DNA from: Planctomycetota bacterium
GTDB lineage: Bacteria > Planctomycetota > UBA1135 > UBA2386
NCBI GenBank assembly: GCA_020638735.1
Contig: JACKHZ010000009.1
Coordinates: forward strand, 185,407 to 249,406
DNA: 64,000 nt
Reading direction: 5' to 3'
Position 1 is the first letter of the stretch. Each line of letters opens with the position of its first letter. Positions 9,185 to 18,618 of this stretch are shown piece after piece. The notes under the pieces are model-generated. The model had not been told where the DNA came from. It saw only the letters and a program-made list of their open reading frames with translations, and did not search any database. The translations under genes were made by a program, and so were the position numbers.

Positions 9185-10111
9185 ATGCCGAAGCTCCACT
9201 CGATCCCGTTCGCCCTGACCGCAGCGCTGGCCGTGACGCTGCCCGCGCAGCGCATGCCGGTGCCCCACTCCGGCGACCGCGTGCTGCAGCTGTTCGACCT
9301 GCAGACGCTGCGCGACGCGCAAGATCCCGACGCCGCCGCCGACCTCGCCGGCGAGCACGTCGCGGCGATGCTGCGACCGTTCGTCGAACCCGCGCTCGGT
9401 CCCGGCGACGACCTGCGCCCGCTCGGCGACCGGTGGCTCGCGGTGCTCGGCGCGCCGGCGCAGATCGCCTGCATCGAGCGCCTGTTCCAGCAGGCACGGA
9501 ACCACCGCGACGACCTCGTCAGCATCGATGTCTGCTTCTTCGAGCTCGCAGCGGAGCCCTTCCACACGCAGGTCGAGCCGAAGCTGATCCAGGTCACCGG
9601 CGACGCCCAGGAACGCTACCGCGTCGTCCTGCCCAAGGCCGACGCCCCGGCGCTGCTGGACGCCGCGAAGCAGCACGGCGAGCTGCTGCAGGTGCCGCGC
9701 GTCGTCGTGCCATGGCTGGTGCCGGCGCAGGTCGACGTCGTCGAGGTGTTCTCGTACATCAAGGACTACGAGCTCGTCTACGGGCAGCAGAGCGCGATCG
9801 CCAACCCGATCATCGGCACCGAGTGGTCAGGCGAGCGCAGCCGGCTCTGCGCGGTGCTGCTGGCAAACGGCAACATCGGTCTGAGCTGCGAGATCCGTCA
9901 CCAGCGCGTCGACAAGCCGCTCGCCGAGACCGAGGTCGACCTGGTGAAGGGCGCCGCGCCGGTGAAGGTCCAGCTGCCGCGCATCACCGGCGTGCACCTC
10001 GAGAGCGTCGCCGAACTGGCGCCGGGCAGCCTGATCGTCGTCGCCGCTCCTCGCAGCGACGGCAGATTCCTGGTCGCGGCGCTGACTGCCGAGGTCGTGC
10101 AGCCGCGTTGA
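9185..10111 (+). CDS. Exported protein with secretin-domain-like segments (tentative)
   Basis: ATG at 9185 in the frame of ORF 8576..10111. Signal peptide MPKLHSIPFALTAALAVTLPAQ. VSIDVCFFELAAE, QVPRVVVPWLVPAQVDVVEVFSYIKDYELV and LANGNIGLSCEIRHQRVDKP resemble the beta-strand pattern of secretin domains. Confidence 0.6.
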   Translation: MPKLHSIPFALTAALAVTLPAQRMPVPHSGDRVLQLFDLQTLRDAQDPDAAADLAGEHVAAMLRPFVEPALGPGDDLRPLGDRWLAVLGAPAQIACIERLFQQARNHRDDLVSIDVCFFELAAEPFHTQVEPKLIQVTGDAQERYRVVLPKADAPALLDAAKQHGELLQVPRVVVPWLVPAQVDVVEVFSYIKDYELVYGQQSAIANPIIGTEWSGERSRLCAVLLANGNIGLSCEIRHQRVDKPLAETEVDLVKGAAPVKVQLPRITGVHLESVAELAPGSLIVVAAPRSDGRFLVAALTAEVVQPR

Positions 10112-10151
10112 CCGACCCGCCGGCGCAGCACCGCGCTATGTTGACGCGTCG

Positions 10152-12122
10152 ATGCCGCCCCCTTCCTCCGCTGCCCGCGAACGGGAGTCCGCGCGCGACC
10201 CGCGCACCATCGCGACGCGCGTGCTCAGCGGCGCACTGCTCGTGCTGCTGACGGCGATCTGGTGGTGGTCGTCGGCAGGCGACGAGGAGCCGCAGGCGCC
10301 GACGCCCGCCGTCATCGACGCGCGACCGAGCCCGCCGACGGCACCGGAGCAGGGCGCGGGCGTCGAACGCACGATGCTGGCCGAAGAGCCGCCGCGCGCC
10401 CCCGAGCCGACGTCACCCCCTCCGCCCGACGTCGACCTCGACCACGCGTGGCAGCACCAGCTCGCGCTGCGCTTCGTCGATCGCTACGGCCTGCCGGTGC
10501 CCGACGCGACCGCCTACGTGGCGCCGCCGGGCTGCGCGCTGGCGCGCTGGCCGGACCCCACCGACGCCCGCGGCGAGCTGATCATCACCTTCGCGGCGAA
10601 GCAGCGCACGGTGCAGCTGTCGCTCACCGCCATGGCCTGGGGCGAGACCCAGGCCGTGCAGCGCTTCGAGTGCGACGCCGAACACCCGGCAGAGCGCACG
10701 CTCGTGCTGCGCGGCAAGGCGCAGACGCAGGACGCTCTCGAGCACGTTCGTCGCCGCGATCTACGCGACCTGCAGCGCGACGCGAGCCGCGTGCAGGAAG
10801 ACAGCCGCAGGAGCGACCGTGCGTCGCGCGACGAGCTCGACATCCTGTGCGGGCGCTCGCAGTTCTTGTTCCGCATGTTCGAGTGCGTGATGTGCCACGA
10901 CCAGAGCCGCCTGCAGCGTCACGCGGCGCTGGCACAGGCACCGACCGCGGCGACGCAACTGCACCCACACGCGCGCTTCTGGGAGCCGGTGGCGACCGTC
11001 GGCGCGCTCGAGCTGGCGATGCAGCGTGAGCGACGACCGCCTGAGCCGGAAGCCGAAGCGGCAGCCCGGCAGCGACGCCTGCCGCCGCGCGGCACGCAGC
11101 TGTGGGGCTCGGTGCGCGACGCCCGCGGCAAACCGGCCGCCGACCAGCCGGTGGTCGCACTCGCCGCCGACGGCGCGGTGCTGCACCGCACGCTGACCGA
11201 TGCGCGCGGGCGCTACCGGATCGACGGCCTGCAGCCTGGCCCCGTGCGGCTGGCCGCCGGCGGCGCCGAGCAGGGCCGCACCGAGACGGTGCTGGAGATC
11301 GCCGGCGAACGGCAGTCGTGGGACTGCCGCCTCGAGCTGCAGAGCGTCGTGCGCGGCGTCGTGCGCGACCCACAGGGCCAGCCGCTGGTCGGCTGGCTGG
11401 TCGAGTTCGAGCGCGACGACGGCCGCCACGCGGACCTGACCGCGACCGACGCCGACGGGCGCTTCCTGTTCCCCGACGCGTTCGGACAGGGCACCTGCCG
11501 GCTCTGGCGCGGCGACGGCAGCGACGCGTTGCCAGTGCGCTACGGCGCCGTGGCGCTGCCGGACTCGACGCCGCTCCCGTTCGACCTGGCCGCGGGTGTG
11601 CCGGTGCGCGCGCGGCTGCGCGTCAGCCCGCTGCTGCCGCCGCGGTACGGTCGCGCGACGGTCGACGTGCGGGTCACCCAGCTCGAGACCGGCTGCAGCG
11701 CGCCGATGCCGCCGCTGAACGTCGACGACGCGTTCGAGATCGAAGGCCTGCCCCCGGGCCCCTACCTGGTCGAGTTCGGCGTGCCGGTGCTGGGCATCGT
11801 CGAGACCGGACCGGTGCACGTCGACGGTCGCGGCCTGTGGGACCTCGGCCGCATCTCGCTCGCGGCGCCGGGCCGCGTGCACGTCGTGCCGGCGACCGGC
11901 GAGCCGTCGCCGCTCGACGGCGAGTTCGCCTTCTACCACCGCACCGACGCCTTCGACGTGCGGGCGACGACCCGGCAGCTGTCCGACGATCTGCACGAGA
12001 TCCGCGCCGGCCACCACCTGCTGCTGTGGCGCGCCGACGGCGTCGTGCGCGCCGTCGAGTTCGACGTGCAGGCCGGCATCACGACGACGCTGCGCGTGCC
12101 GACGTGGCGCGGGGTGCGCTGA
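10152..12122 (+). CDS. Membrane-anchored protein with CarboxypepD_reg-like beta-sandwich repeats
   Basis: N-terminal cytoplasmic tail and one TM helix (VLSGALLVLLTAIWWWSS). Repeats include GSVRDARGKPAADQPVVAL...TDARGRYRIDGLQPGPVRL and GVVRDPQGQPLVGWLVEF...TDADGRFLF. Confidence 0.7.
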   Translation: MPPPSSAARERESARDPRTIATRVLSGALLVLLTAIWWWSSAGDEEPQAPTPAVIDARPSPPTAPEQGAGVERTMLAEEPPRAPEPTSPPPPDVDLDHAWQHQLALRFVDRYGLPVPDATAYVAPPGCALARWPDPTDARGELIITFAAKQRTVQLSLTAMAWGETQAVQRFECDAEHPAERTLVLRGKAQTQDALEHVRRRDLRDLQRDASRVQEDSRRSDRASRDELDILCGRSQFLFRMFECVMCHDQSRLQRHAALAQAPTAATQLHPHARFWEPVATVGALELAMQRERRPPEPEAEAAARQRRLPPRGTQLWGSVRDARGKPAADQPVVALAADGAVLHRTLTDARGRYRIDGLQPGPVRLAAGGAEQGRTETVLEIAGERQSWDCRLELQSVVRGVVRDPQGQPLVGWLVEFERDDGRHADLTATDADGRFLFPDAFGQGTCRLWRGDGSDALPVRYGAVALPDSTPLPFDLAAGVPVRARLRVSPLLPPRYGRATVDVRVTQLETGCSAPMPPLNVDDAFEIEGLPPGPYLVEFGVPVLGIVETGPVHVDGRGLWDLGRISLAAPGRVHVVPATGEPSPLDGEFAFYHRTDAFDVRATTRQLSDDLHEIRAGHHLLLWRADGVVRAVEFDVQAGITTTLRVPTWRGVR

Positions 12123-12128
12123 ACCCGG

Positions 12129-12827
12129 TCAGCAGATCGGCAGGGTGCGCTCCTCGGCGAAGCTGTAGTAGCCGGCGTCGCCGACGACGAGGTGATCGAG
12201 CACCTCGATGCCGAGCAGCGCGCCAGCCGCGCGCAGCCGCTCGGTGACGCGACGATCGGCGTCGCTCGGCGCCGGATCGCCGGACGGGTGGTTGTGCGCG
12301 ACGACGATCGCCGCGGCGCCGTCGCGGATCGCCGCCGAGAACACCTCGCGCGGATGCACCGGCGCCTCGGCGATGCCGCCGGTCGACACCACGTGCAGCG
12401 CCAACAGCCGGTGTCGCACGTCGAGCAGCACGGCGAAGAAGTTCTCCCGGCGGGTGCCGCGCGCCGTGTCGCGCACGACCCGCGCGACGTCGCCGCCGTG
12501 GCGCACCTGCGTGCCCGGCCGGAAGCTCGCCTCGCCGAGCCGCCGCGCCAGGCCGAAGGCAGCCCCGAGCGCCGCCGCGCGCACCGGTCCGATGCCCTGC
12601 GCCGCGACCTCGCGCACCGTGCTCGCTGCCAGCCCCGGCAGGCCGCCGAAGCGACGCAGCAGCTGCTGCGCGAGCACCTCGGCGGGCGCGCCGCGCGTGC
12701 CGGTGCGCAGCACCAACGCGACGCACTCCGCGTCGCTCAACCGCGCCTCGCCGAGCTGCAGGATGCGCTCGCGCGGCCCGTGCCGCAGCTCGCCCATCGC
12801 CTCGTTCTGCCGACCTTCTCGCATCAC
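12129..12827 (-). CDS. radC: RadC-family JAMM domain protein (UPF0758)
   Basis: RERILQLGEARLSDAECVALVLRTG at the N-terminus. JAMM motif VVAHNHPSGDPAPSDAD. The start could be Met11. Confidence 0.85.
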   Translation of the reverse strand: MMREGRQNEAMGELRHGPRERILQLGEARLSDAECVALVLRTGTRGAPAEVLAQQLLRRFGGLPGLAASTVREVAAQGIGPVRAAALGAAFGLARRLGEASFRPGTQVRHGGDVARVVRDTARGTRRENFFAVLLDVRHRLLALHVVSTGGIAEAPVHPREVFSAAIRDGAAAIVVAHNHPSGDPAPSDADRRVTERLRAAGALLGIEVLDHLVVGDAGYYSFAEERTLPIC

Positions 12828-12891
12828 CGGGACAGTGGCAGGAATCGCGCGCCGGTTGCAGCGAACGACGACGATCCCGGCGCACGGGGGC

Positions 12892-14532
12892 TCAGTGGCT
12901 CTTCATCCAGGCGGCGACCTCGACCGCCTGGGCCCGCAGGCGGTCGCGCAGCGCGCCCGACGGCAGCAGCTCGGCGGCGACCTCGGCGTCGTGCGGCCTG
13001 CCGCAGCGCAGCGCCACGCCGATCGCGGCTTCGAGCAGCGGGACGCGGGCGGCGTCGTCGAGCAGCGGGTCGAAGTCCACCAGCCCGGCGACGAACTCGT
13101 AGAGGTCCGGATCGACGCGCCTCAACTCCCACCGCGTGTGGCCGTGGGTCGTCTCGCCGCCCGGCCGCTTGCCGAGGCTGACGAACGCCTCGACCCCCTG
13201 GCCGAAGTACTCCGCCTCGTTGGTCGCCGCGTAGTAGTCGAGACAGCGCCCATCGGCGACCGCGCGGTCGTAGAGGGCGCGGATCCTGGCCTTCTGCACC
13301 GGCGTGAACGCGTAGTAGTGCATCTGGTGCGCGACCTCGTGGGCGAAGGTGTCGAAGCCGAACGTCACCGCGTCGTCGAGCGCCTCGATGCCGGTCGCCG
13401 CGCGCAGACCGCCGACGCCGCGCACGTCGTCCCACACCCGACCGTCGAAAGTCCGTCGACCGCGCAGGTTCTTGCGCGCATCGGCGTCGGTGGTCCGCTC
13501 CAGCTCCTGCAGCAGGTCGTGCCGTCCGCCGACCGCGACCAGCTTCGCGAGTCGTGAGCCGAACAGCGCCGCGGTGCGATCGACGACCGCGCGCCGCTCG
13601 GGGCCGAGCAGCTCGTATCCGGGCACGAAGCGCTGGACCGGCAGCGCGGAGACGTCGGGTCGCGGCAACGCCGCCGCGAGCGCGAGGTAGGCCGGATCGT
13701 GCGCCGCCATGCTCGACGCCGTGCGCTGCGCGAACAGCGTCTCGCCGAGCAGGCGATGGGCGATCGGGTGACCTGGCTGCTCGCGCAGGGCGCGCAGCAG
13801 CAGCGCGATCGCCTCGTCGTGCCGGCCGGCTGCCAACGCCGTCACCGCGCGGCGCAGCTCGCCGGGCACCCCCACCACGACCGGCCCCAGCAGCCCGGAG
13901 CCGAGCCGCAGGTGGGCCTCCGCGTTGCGCTGGTCGAGCGCCACGACGCGCTGGTAGACGTCCGCCGCCTCGTGCACGCGCTGCACGCGGAACAACGCCG
14001 AGCCCTTCGCTGCCAGCAGCTCGGCGGTCGCGCGCGGCGCGCGATCGACGAAGCGCTCGGCCCGGGTGACCGCGTCGTCGAACTGCCGCGCCTTGATCAG
14101 GGCCCGCACCAGGAGCGCCATCGCGTCCTGCCGCACCGGCGCCGCGCCGAGCGCGCCCTCGCCGAGCTGCACCGCCTGCGCGCTGCGGCCGAGCATCAGC
14201 TGGGCGCGGCCGAGGCCGAGGTCGCGGTCGACGAGCAGTTCGGGCGCGACGACCTCGAGGAAGGCGCGCCACGCGCCGAGCGGATCCTCGACGTCGAGCA
14301 GCCCTGCGCCGCGCTCGAGCCACTCGCCGGGCCCCGGCCCGACGCTGCCCGCCGCGACCGTCTCGCCACCGGGCACCGGGGCGTGCGCGACGGGGTCCTG
14401 CTGCGCGCCGAGGGCGGCCACCAGCAGCGCGGAGACCACCGACACCCACAACGCTCGGGCGGGGCGCAGGGGATCGGCTCGGCGTCTCGGGTCCATGTCG
14501 GCGGGTGCTGCGGCCCGCGCGAACGGTGCCAC
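12892..14532 (-). CDS. Exported TPR-repeat protein with a C-terminal HExxH zinc-metallopeptidase-like domain
   Basis: Hydrophobic N-terminus ALWVSVVSALLVAALGAQQ. TPR-like helices in the middle. FAHEVAHQMHYYAF and ATNEAEYFGQGVEAF resemble ATLF-like zincins. The start may be Met13 (nt 14496). Confidence 0.7.
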   Translation of the reverse strand: MAPFARAAAPADMDPRRRADPLRPARALWVSVVSALLVAALGAQQDPVAHAPVPGGETVAAGSVGPGPGEWLERGAGLLDVEDPLGAWRAFLEVVAPELLVDRDLGLGRAQLMLGRSAQAVQLGEGALGAAPVRQDAMALLVRALIKARQFDDAVTRAERFVDRAPRATAELLAAKGSALFRVQRVHEAADVYQRVVALDQRNAEAHLRLGSGLLGPVVVGVPGELRRAVTALAAGRHDEAIALLLRALREQPGHPIAHRLLGETLFAQRTASSMAAHDPAYLALAAALPRPDVSALPVQRFVPGYELLGPERRAVVDRTAALFGSRLAKLVAVGGRHDLLQELERTTDADARKNLRGRRTFDGRVWDDVRGVGGLRAATGIEALDDAVTFGFDTFAHEVAHQMHYYAFTPVQKARIRALYDRAVADGRCLDYYAATNEAEYFGQGVEAFVSLGKRPGGETTHGHTRWELRRVDPDLYEFVAGLVDFDPLLDDAARVPLLEAAIGVALRCGRPHDAEVAAELLPSGALRDRLRAQAVEVAAWMKSH

Positions 14533-14650
14533 CGACGGCTCTTCGGCACGCCTGCCCGATCGCCTTGGGCGCGCGTCGCGGCGGCCTCGAACGGCCGCTG
14601 CGACGGCGGGTTCGCGGCCGCGGTTGTGCCGCAGCGCGACGCGTGCTCCG

Positions 14651-15847
14651 ATGCCGTCCGTGCAAGATCCGACCGCGTCCTTGGACCTGAGGCGTCGCGT
14701 CGCCGCCGCGGCGGTCGGCGTCGTGGTCAGCGCGGCGGTCCTCGCGCAACAGGCTCAGCCTCCTGCAGCGCCGCCGGCAGGGCCGCCGGCAGCGGTGCAG
14801 GCTGCGGCGGCGCAGCGCGGCCTGCTGGAGTTCTGGGACGAACGCAGCCACCTGTTCCGCCGCAGCAGCGCCGTCGACGCCGACCAGGGACGGCCGTTCG
14901 ACTACTGGTGGCAGGCCCACGCGATCGACGCGCTGGTGGACGCCTTCGAGCGCACGCGGGACCGCCGCCACCTGCAGCGCGCGCGCGAGCTGTGGCGCGG
15001 CGTGGTGGCGAAGAACGGCGGCCCGACCAACGACTACTACGACGACATGCTGTGGATGGCGTTGGCGCTCGACCGGCTCGCGGCTGCGGTGACGGCCGAG
15101 CAGCGCCGGGCGCTGCGCCGCGACGTCGCGACGCTGTGGCGGGACGTGCGCGGCGGCTGGAACGACCAGCAGGGCGGCGGCATCGCCTGGCGCAAGTCGC
15201 AGCGCGACTACAAGAACACGCCGGCCAACGCGCCGGCGGTGATCCTCGGCGCGCGGCTGGCCCGCGGCGGCGGTGACGCCGACGACCTCGACTTCGCCCG
15301 GAGGGTCTACGACTGGCTCGACGCGCACCTCGTCGACCCCGAGACCGGCTTCGTCTGGGACGGCGTCAACCGACGCGGCGACGGCCGCGTCGACCGCGAT
15401 TGGGCGTTCACCTACAACCAGGGCCTGCGCATCGGTGCCGCGGTCGAGCTGTTCCGCAGCAGCGGCGAACAGCGCTTCCTCGACGACGCACGGCGCACCT
15501 TTGCCGCGACCACCGCGCGCCTGTGCGACGAACGCGGCGTGCTGAAGGAGCACGGCAACGGCGACGGCGCGCTGTTCAAGGGCGTGCTGCTGCGCTATGT
15601 CGGCGAATGGCTGACCGTCGACGCCGAAGCGGCGGGCGCAGGCGCGCCCGAGTTCGTGCAGCGCCAGACCGAGGCGCTGTGGTCGCAGCTGCCGGCGACG
15701 GCCCGCGACGGCTCGGCGCCGCTGCTGTTCGGCCCCGACTGGCGGCAGGCGAGCGAAGGCGCGGTCGAACTCGCGGCGCAGCTCAGCGCGGTGATGCTGT
15801 TCGAGCAGGCGGCCCGGCTGGCAGCGCCGCCGCGCGGCACGCGCTGA
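14651..15847 (+). CDS. Glycoside hydrolase family 76-like (alpha-1,6-mannanase family)
   Basis: ATG at 14651 in the frame of ORF 14066..15847. Signal peptide, then FDYWWQAHAIDALVDA, DDMLWMALAL, GGGIAWRK and KNTPANAPA, typical GH76 motifs. Confidence 0.75.
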   Translation: MPSVQDPTASLDLRRRVAAAAVGVVVSAAVLAQQAQPPAAPPAGPPAAVQAAAAQRGLLEFWDERSHLFRRSSAVDADQGRPFDYWWQAHAIDALVDAFERTRDRRHLQRARELWRGVVAKNGGPTNDYYDDMLWMALALDRLAAAVTAEQRRALRRDVATLWRDVRGGWNDQQGGGIAWRKSQRDYKNTPANAPAVILGARLARGGGDADDLDFARRVYDWLDAHLVDPETGFVWDGVNRRGDGRVDRDWAFTYNQGLRIGAAVELFRSSGEQRFLDDARRTFAATTARLCDERGVLKEHGNGDGALFKGVLLRYVGEWLTVDAEAAGAGAPEFVQRQTEALWSQLPATARDGSAPLLFGPDWRQASEGAVELAAQLSAVMLFEQAARLAAPPRGTR

Positions 15848-15868
15848 ACACCGGGCCGCCCGCGACCG

Positions 15869-17032
15869 TCAGCGACTCGACGAGCTGAGCACCTCGAGGC
15901 GCTCGACGTCCAGCTGGCTCAGCGCGTCGCCCGGCGGCTGCCGCCGCGGACCGATGACGCCGACCTCACGACCGACGAACAGCGCCAGGTCGTAGCGGTA
16001 GGTGTTGCAGGTCAAGACGTGCTGCCGACGGCCGCCCTTCTCCAGGTAGAAGACGCCCGGACCCGCCAGGCGGCTCTCGTAGCGCAGCCAGCCGATCGAA
16101 TCGAAGCGCTCGAGGCGGTCCTTCGACTGCACCGGCGCCGGCTGCGGCTCGATCACCGGCTCGTCCTTCGAGAAGTTCATCGCGTCGACGATCCACTTCT
16201 GCGTGTCGATGCGCTTCGCCAGCGCGGCCAGCGCCGGCTTGGCGGCGCTCTTGTCGACGAGGGTCGCGTCGAGCTTGGCGATCGCGCCCTTCAGCGGCTC
16301 GAGCTGCTGGTCCTTGGCCGGCTTCGCCAGCTCCTTGGCGAACGCGTCCTCGACCACCTTGACGGCTTCGAGGTCGGCGCGGTCCTGCTGCTGCTGCGCG
16401 CGCTCGGCGGCGATCGCGTCGAGCCGCGCCTGGCCTTCGCCGCGCTGCGCCTGCTCGAACGCGGCCCAGCGGGCCTGAACCGCCGGATCGCTGCCGTCCA
16501 GCTCCTGCACCTCGGCGGCGGCGACCCAGGCGTCGACGCCCGGCACCCGCGCCTTGAACCAGTCCTCGTGCTCGCCCACCACCAGCACCGGCGTGCCGTC
16601 GGGCAGCTGCGCCACCGGCGCCTCCGTCGTGCGCGGGCGATAGCGGAACGCCACCTTCGTGCCCTTGGTCGCGACCGTGCCGTCGTCGGCGACGGAGCAG
16701 AAGCGCTGCGACACGTAGCCGACCGGGCCGACCGGCAGGATCACGCAGCGGAAGCCGTTCTCGGTGCGCCCGAGCTGCACGATCTGGTCCTTCTTCAGCA
16801 CGTCCTCGAACACCGGCGGCGCCTGCACGGCGCCCGACCAGCAGCGCAGCGGCGCCTCGTCGACGACGATCTTGCCGAACACCGGCGCCGCCGCCGGAGC
16901 GGCGGCCGGTTCCTGCGCCGCGGCGCGGGGCGCGACGAGGCTGGTGACGAGCAGCGTCAGCGTGGCGAACGGAACGAAGCGGCGCGGGCGCAGCGCGCCC
17001 CCGTGACCGCCCTGGACACGGTGGATGACCAT
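15869..17032 (-). CDS. Exported SH3b-domain protein with a coiled-coil region
   Basis: Start at Met26 of ORF 15869..17107 (CAT at 17030-17032). Signal peptide FATLTLLVTSLVAPRAAAQ. Two SH3b-like segments (e.g. VAFRYRPRTTEAPVAQLPDGTPVLVVGEHEDWFKARV). A Gln/Ala/Lys-rich helical middle. Confidence 0.7.
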   Translation of the reverse strand: MVIHRVQGGHGGALRPRRFVPFATLTLLVTSLVAPRAAAQEPAAAPAAAPVFGKIVVDEAPLRCWSGAVQAPPVFEDVLKKDQIVQLGRTENGFRCVILPVGPVGYVSQRFCSVADDGTVATKGTKVAFRYRPRTTEAPVAQLPDGTPVLVVGEHEDWFKARVPGVDAWVAAAEVQELDGSDPAVQARWAAFEQAQRGEGQARLDAIAAERAQQQQDRADLEAVKVVEDAFAKELAKPAKDQQLEPLKGAIAKLDATLVDKSAAKPALAALAKRIDTQKWIVDAMNFSKDEPVIEPQPAPVQSKDRLERFDSIGWLRYESRLAGPGVFYLEKGGRRQHVLTCNTYRYDLALFVGREVGVIGPRRQPPGDALSQLDVERLEVLSSSSR

Positions 17033-17208
17033 GGGATCCCTCGGATTGACCGGGTGAGTGACCGGAAATGCAGCGAACGCGCGCCGTGACCGACGACGCG
17101 CGGGCACGATGCTACCGGATCCCGCGGCCGGAACGAAGCGCGAGGTTGGGCTTCGGCGCGCGCTCTCCGGCGGCGCAGTGGGTTCCGCCCGGGCCGCCAG
17201 CCGATAGC

Positions 17209-17715
17209 ATGCCGAGACCCATGCCGGTGACCCCGCGAAGCCCCCGCCGCCTGCTGCCGACCGCGGCGCTGCTCACCCCGCTGCTGCTCGGCACGGCCTG
17301 CACGTTCTTCACCAGCACCGACCACGTGCTGGTGACCAGCGCGCCGCAGGGCGCCGCGATCGCGATCGACGGCTGTGACACCGGTCGCACGACGCCCGCG
17401 CGGCTGCTGATCGGCGGGCTCGCAGGCACCGACCACCAGATCACGCTGCAGAAGCCCGGCTACCGCCCGGCGACGCGCAAGGTCACCCAGTGGACCGAAG
17501 GCTACACGTCGCAGTGGATCGACGGCGCCTACGAGATGGCGATGCCGCCGCTGCCGTTCCTGTGGACGTTCGGCGACGTGATGACGCCGTTCGGCGTGCG
17601 CGGCGCGATCCTGCCGGCCGAGCTCTACGTGCAGCTCGAGCGCGACGACGCGCCGCTGCTCGGCTTCGACCTGCTGGCGGCGCGCGCCGCCGCCGCCGCG
17701 GATCCGGCGAAGTGA
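17209..17715 (+). CDS. PEGA-domain lipoprotein
   Basis: ATG at 17209 in frame. Lipobox LLLGTAC. PEGA segment VLVTSAPQGAAIAIDGCDTGRTTPARLL...ITLQKPGYRP. Confidence 0.7.
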   Translation: MPRPMPVTPRSPRRLLPTAALLTPLLLGTACTFFTSTDHVLVTSAPQGAAIAIDGCDTGRTTPARLLIGGLAGTDHQITLQKPGYRPATRKVTQWTEGYTSQWIDGAYEMAMPPLPFLWTFGDVMTPFGVRGAILPAELYVQLERDDAPLLGFDLLAARAAAAADPAK

Positions 17716-18308
17716 CGCGCACCGCGTTCCTCGACCGCGACGGCACCCTGAACCGCGAGATCGGCTTCTTCGCCGACCCGCAGCGCCTCGAGCTGCTGCC
17801 GGGTGCGCGCGACGCGGTGCGCCGTCTGCACGCGGCCGGGTTCCGCGTCGTCGTCACCACCAACCAGAGCGGCGTCGCCCGCGGGCACCTCGACGAGCGC
17901 CAACTGGCGGCGATCCACCGCCGGCTGCACGCGCAGCTCGACGGCATCCCGCTCGCCTACCTGCACTGCCCCCACCTGCCGCCGCGACAGCTCCCTGCGG
18001 ACGAAGCGGCGCGCGCCGTGGCCGGCTACGTCGTCGACTGCGCGTGCCGCAAGCCGGGGGCAGGCCTGCTGCACGAGGCGGAGTCGCTGCTGGCGCCGTT
18101 CGGCGTGTCGCTGCGCAGCGCCAACGTCGTCGTCGGCGACAGCGCCCGCGACCTGCTGATGGCGCGCGGGCTGCCGTTCCAGAAGGTGCTCGTCGCGAGC
18201 GGCAAGCCGATCGACGAGCAGCGCGCGAAGCTCGCCGCGGCGGGCGCTCCGGCCGATCACGAGGCCGCGGACCTGCTCGCGGCCGTCGACTGGCTGCTCG
18301 AGCGCTGA
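17712..18308 (+). CDS. gmhB: D,D-heptose 1,7-bisphosphate phosphatase-like HAD-IIIA hydrolase
   Basis: GTG at 17712 overlaps the upstream stop (GTGA). HAD motifs FLDRDGTLN, VVVTTNQSGVARG, CRKPGAGLL, VVGDSARD. Confidence 0.8.
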   Translation: MTRTAFLDRDGTLNREIGFFADPQRLELLPGARDAVRRLHAAGFRVVVTTNQSGVARGHLDERQLAAIHRRLHAQLDGIPLAYLHCPHLPPRQLPADEAARAVAGYVVDCACRKPGAGLLHEAESLLAPFGVSLRSANVVVGDSARDLLMARGLPFQKVLVASGKPIDEQRAKLAAAGAPADHEAADLLAAVDWLLER

Positions 18309-18321
18309 ACGGGGAGCGGCG

Positions 18322-18585
18322 CTACTCCGGAGGGCGGCGGGCTGCCTTCAGCGACGTGTAGCAGGTCACGCAGCTGACCAGCGAGATGATGCCGAACACG
18401 ACCAGGCCGCCGACCGAGCGGAAGAAGAACCAGCTGCCGAAGGCGAACCCGGCGCCGCCGGACGCGCCGGCGCAGCTCAGGTAGAAGCCGATCAGCCCGG
18501 GCGACCAGCGGGTGTGCTCCGTCTGCGCCTGCGGCGGCTTCGGCGGCGGAGTAGGAGCGCTGGGCGGTGTCGGCACGTCGGACAT
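18322..18585 (-). CDS. Small membrane protein (Pro-rich N-terminus, two predicted TM helices)
   Basis: MSDVPTPPSAPTPPPKPPQ followed by two hydrophobic helices. Composition is not GC-artefactual. It lies at the end of the minus-strand glycan cluster. Confidence 0.5.
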   Translation of the reverse strand: MSDVPTPPSAPTPPPKPPQAQTEHTRWSPGLIGFYLSCAGASGGAGFAFGSWFFFRSVGGLVVFGIISLVSCVTCYTSLKAARRPPE

Positions 18586-18618
18586 CGGGCGAGCAGCGTA
18601 CGCGCAGGCCGCAGCGGT

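Noticed and set aside
12824-15553. A 909-aa minus-strand ORF, and similar giants: 1545..3290(-), 18257..20047(-), 18514..21519(+), 41148..43817(+), 44838..46790(-), 6943..8673(+) upstream part.
   Set aside because: Extreme Arg/Ala/Pro/Gly composition and no recognisable motifs. Each overlaps, in another frame or strand, a gene with normal composition and clear family motifs.
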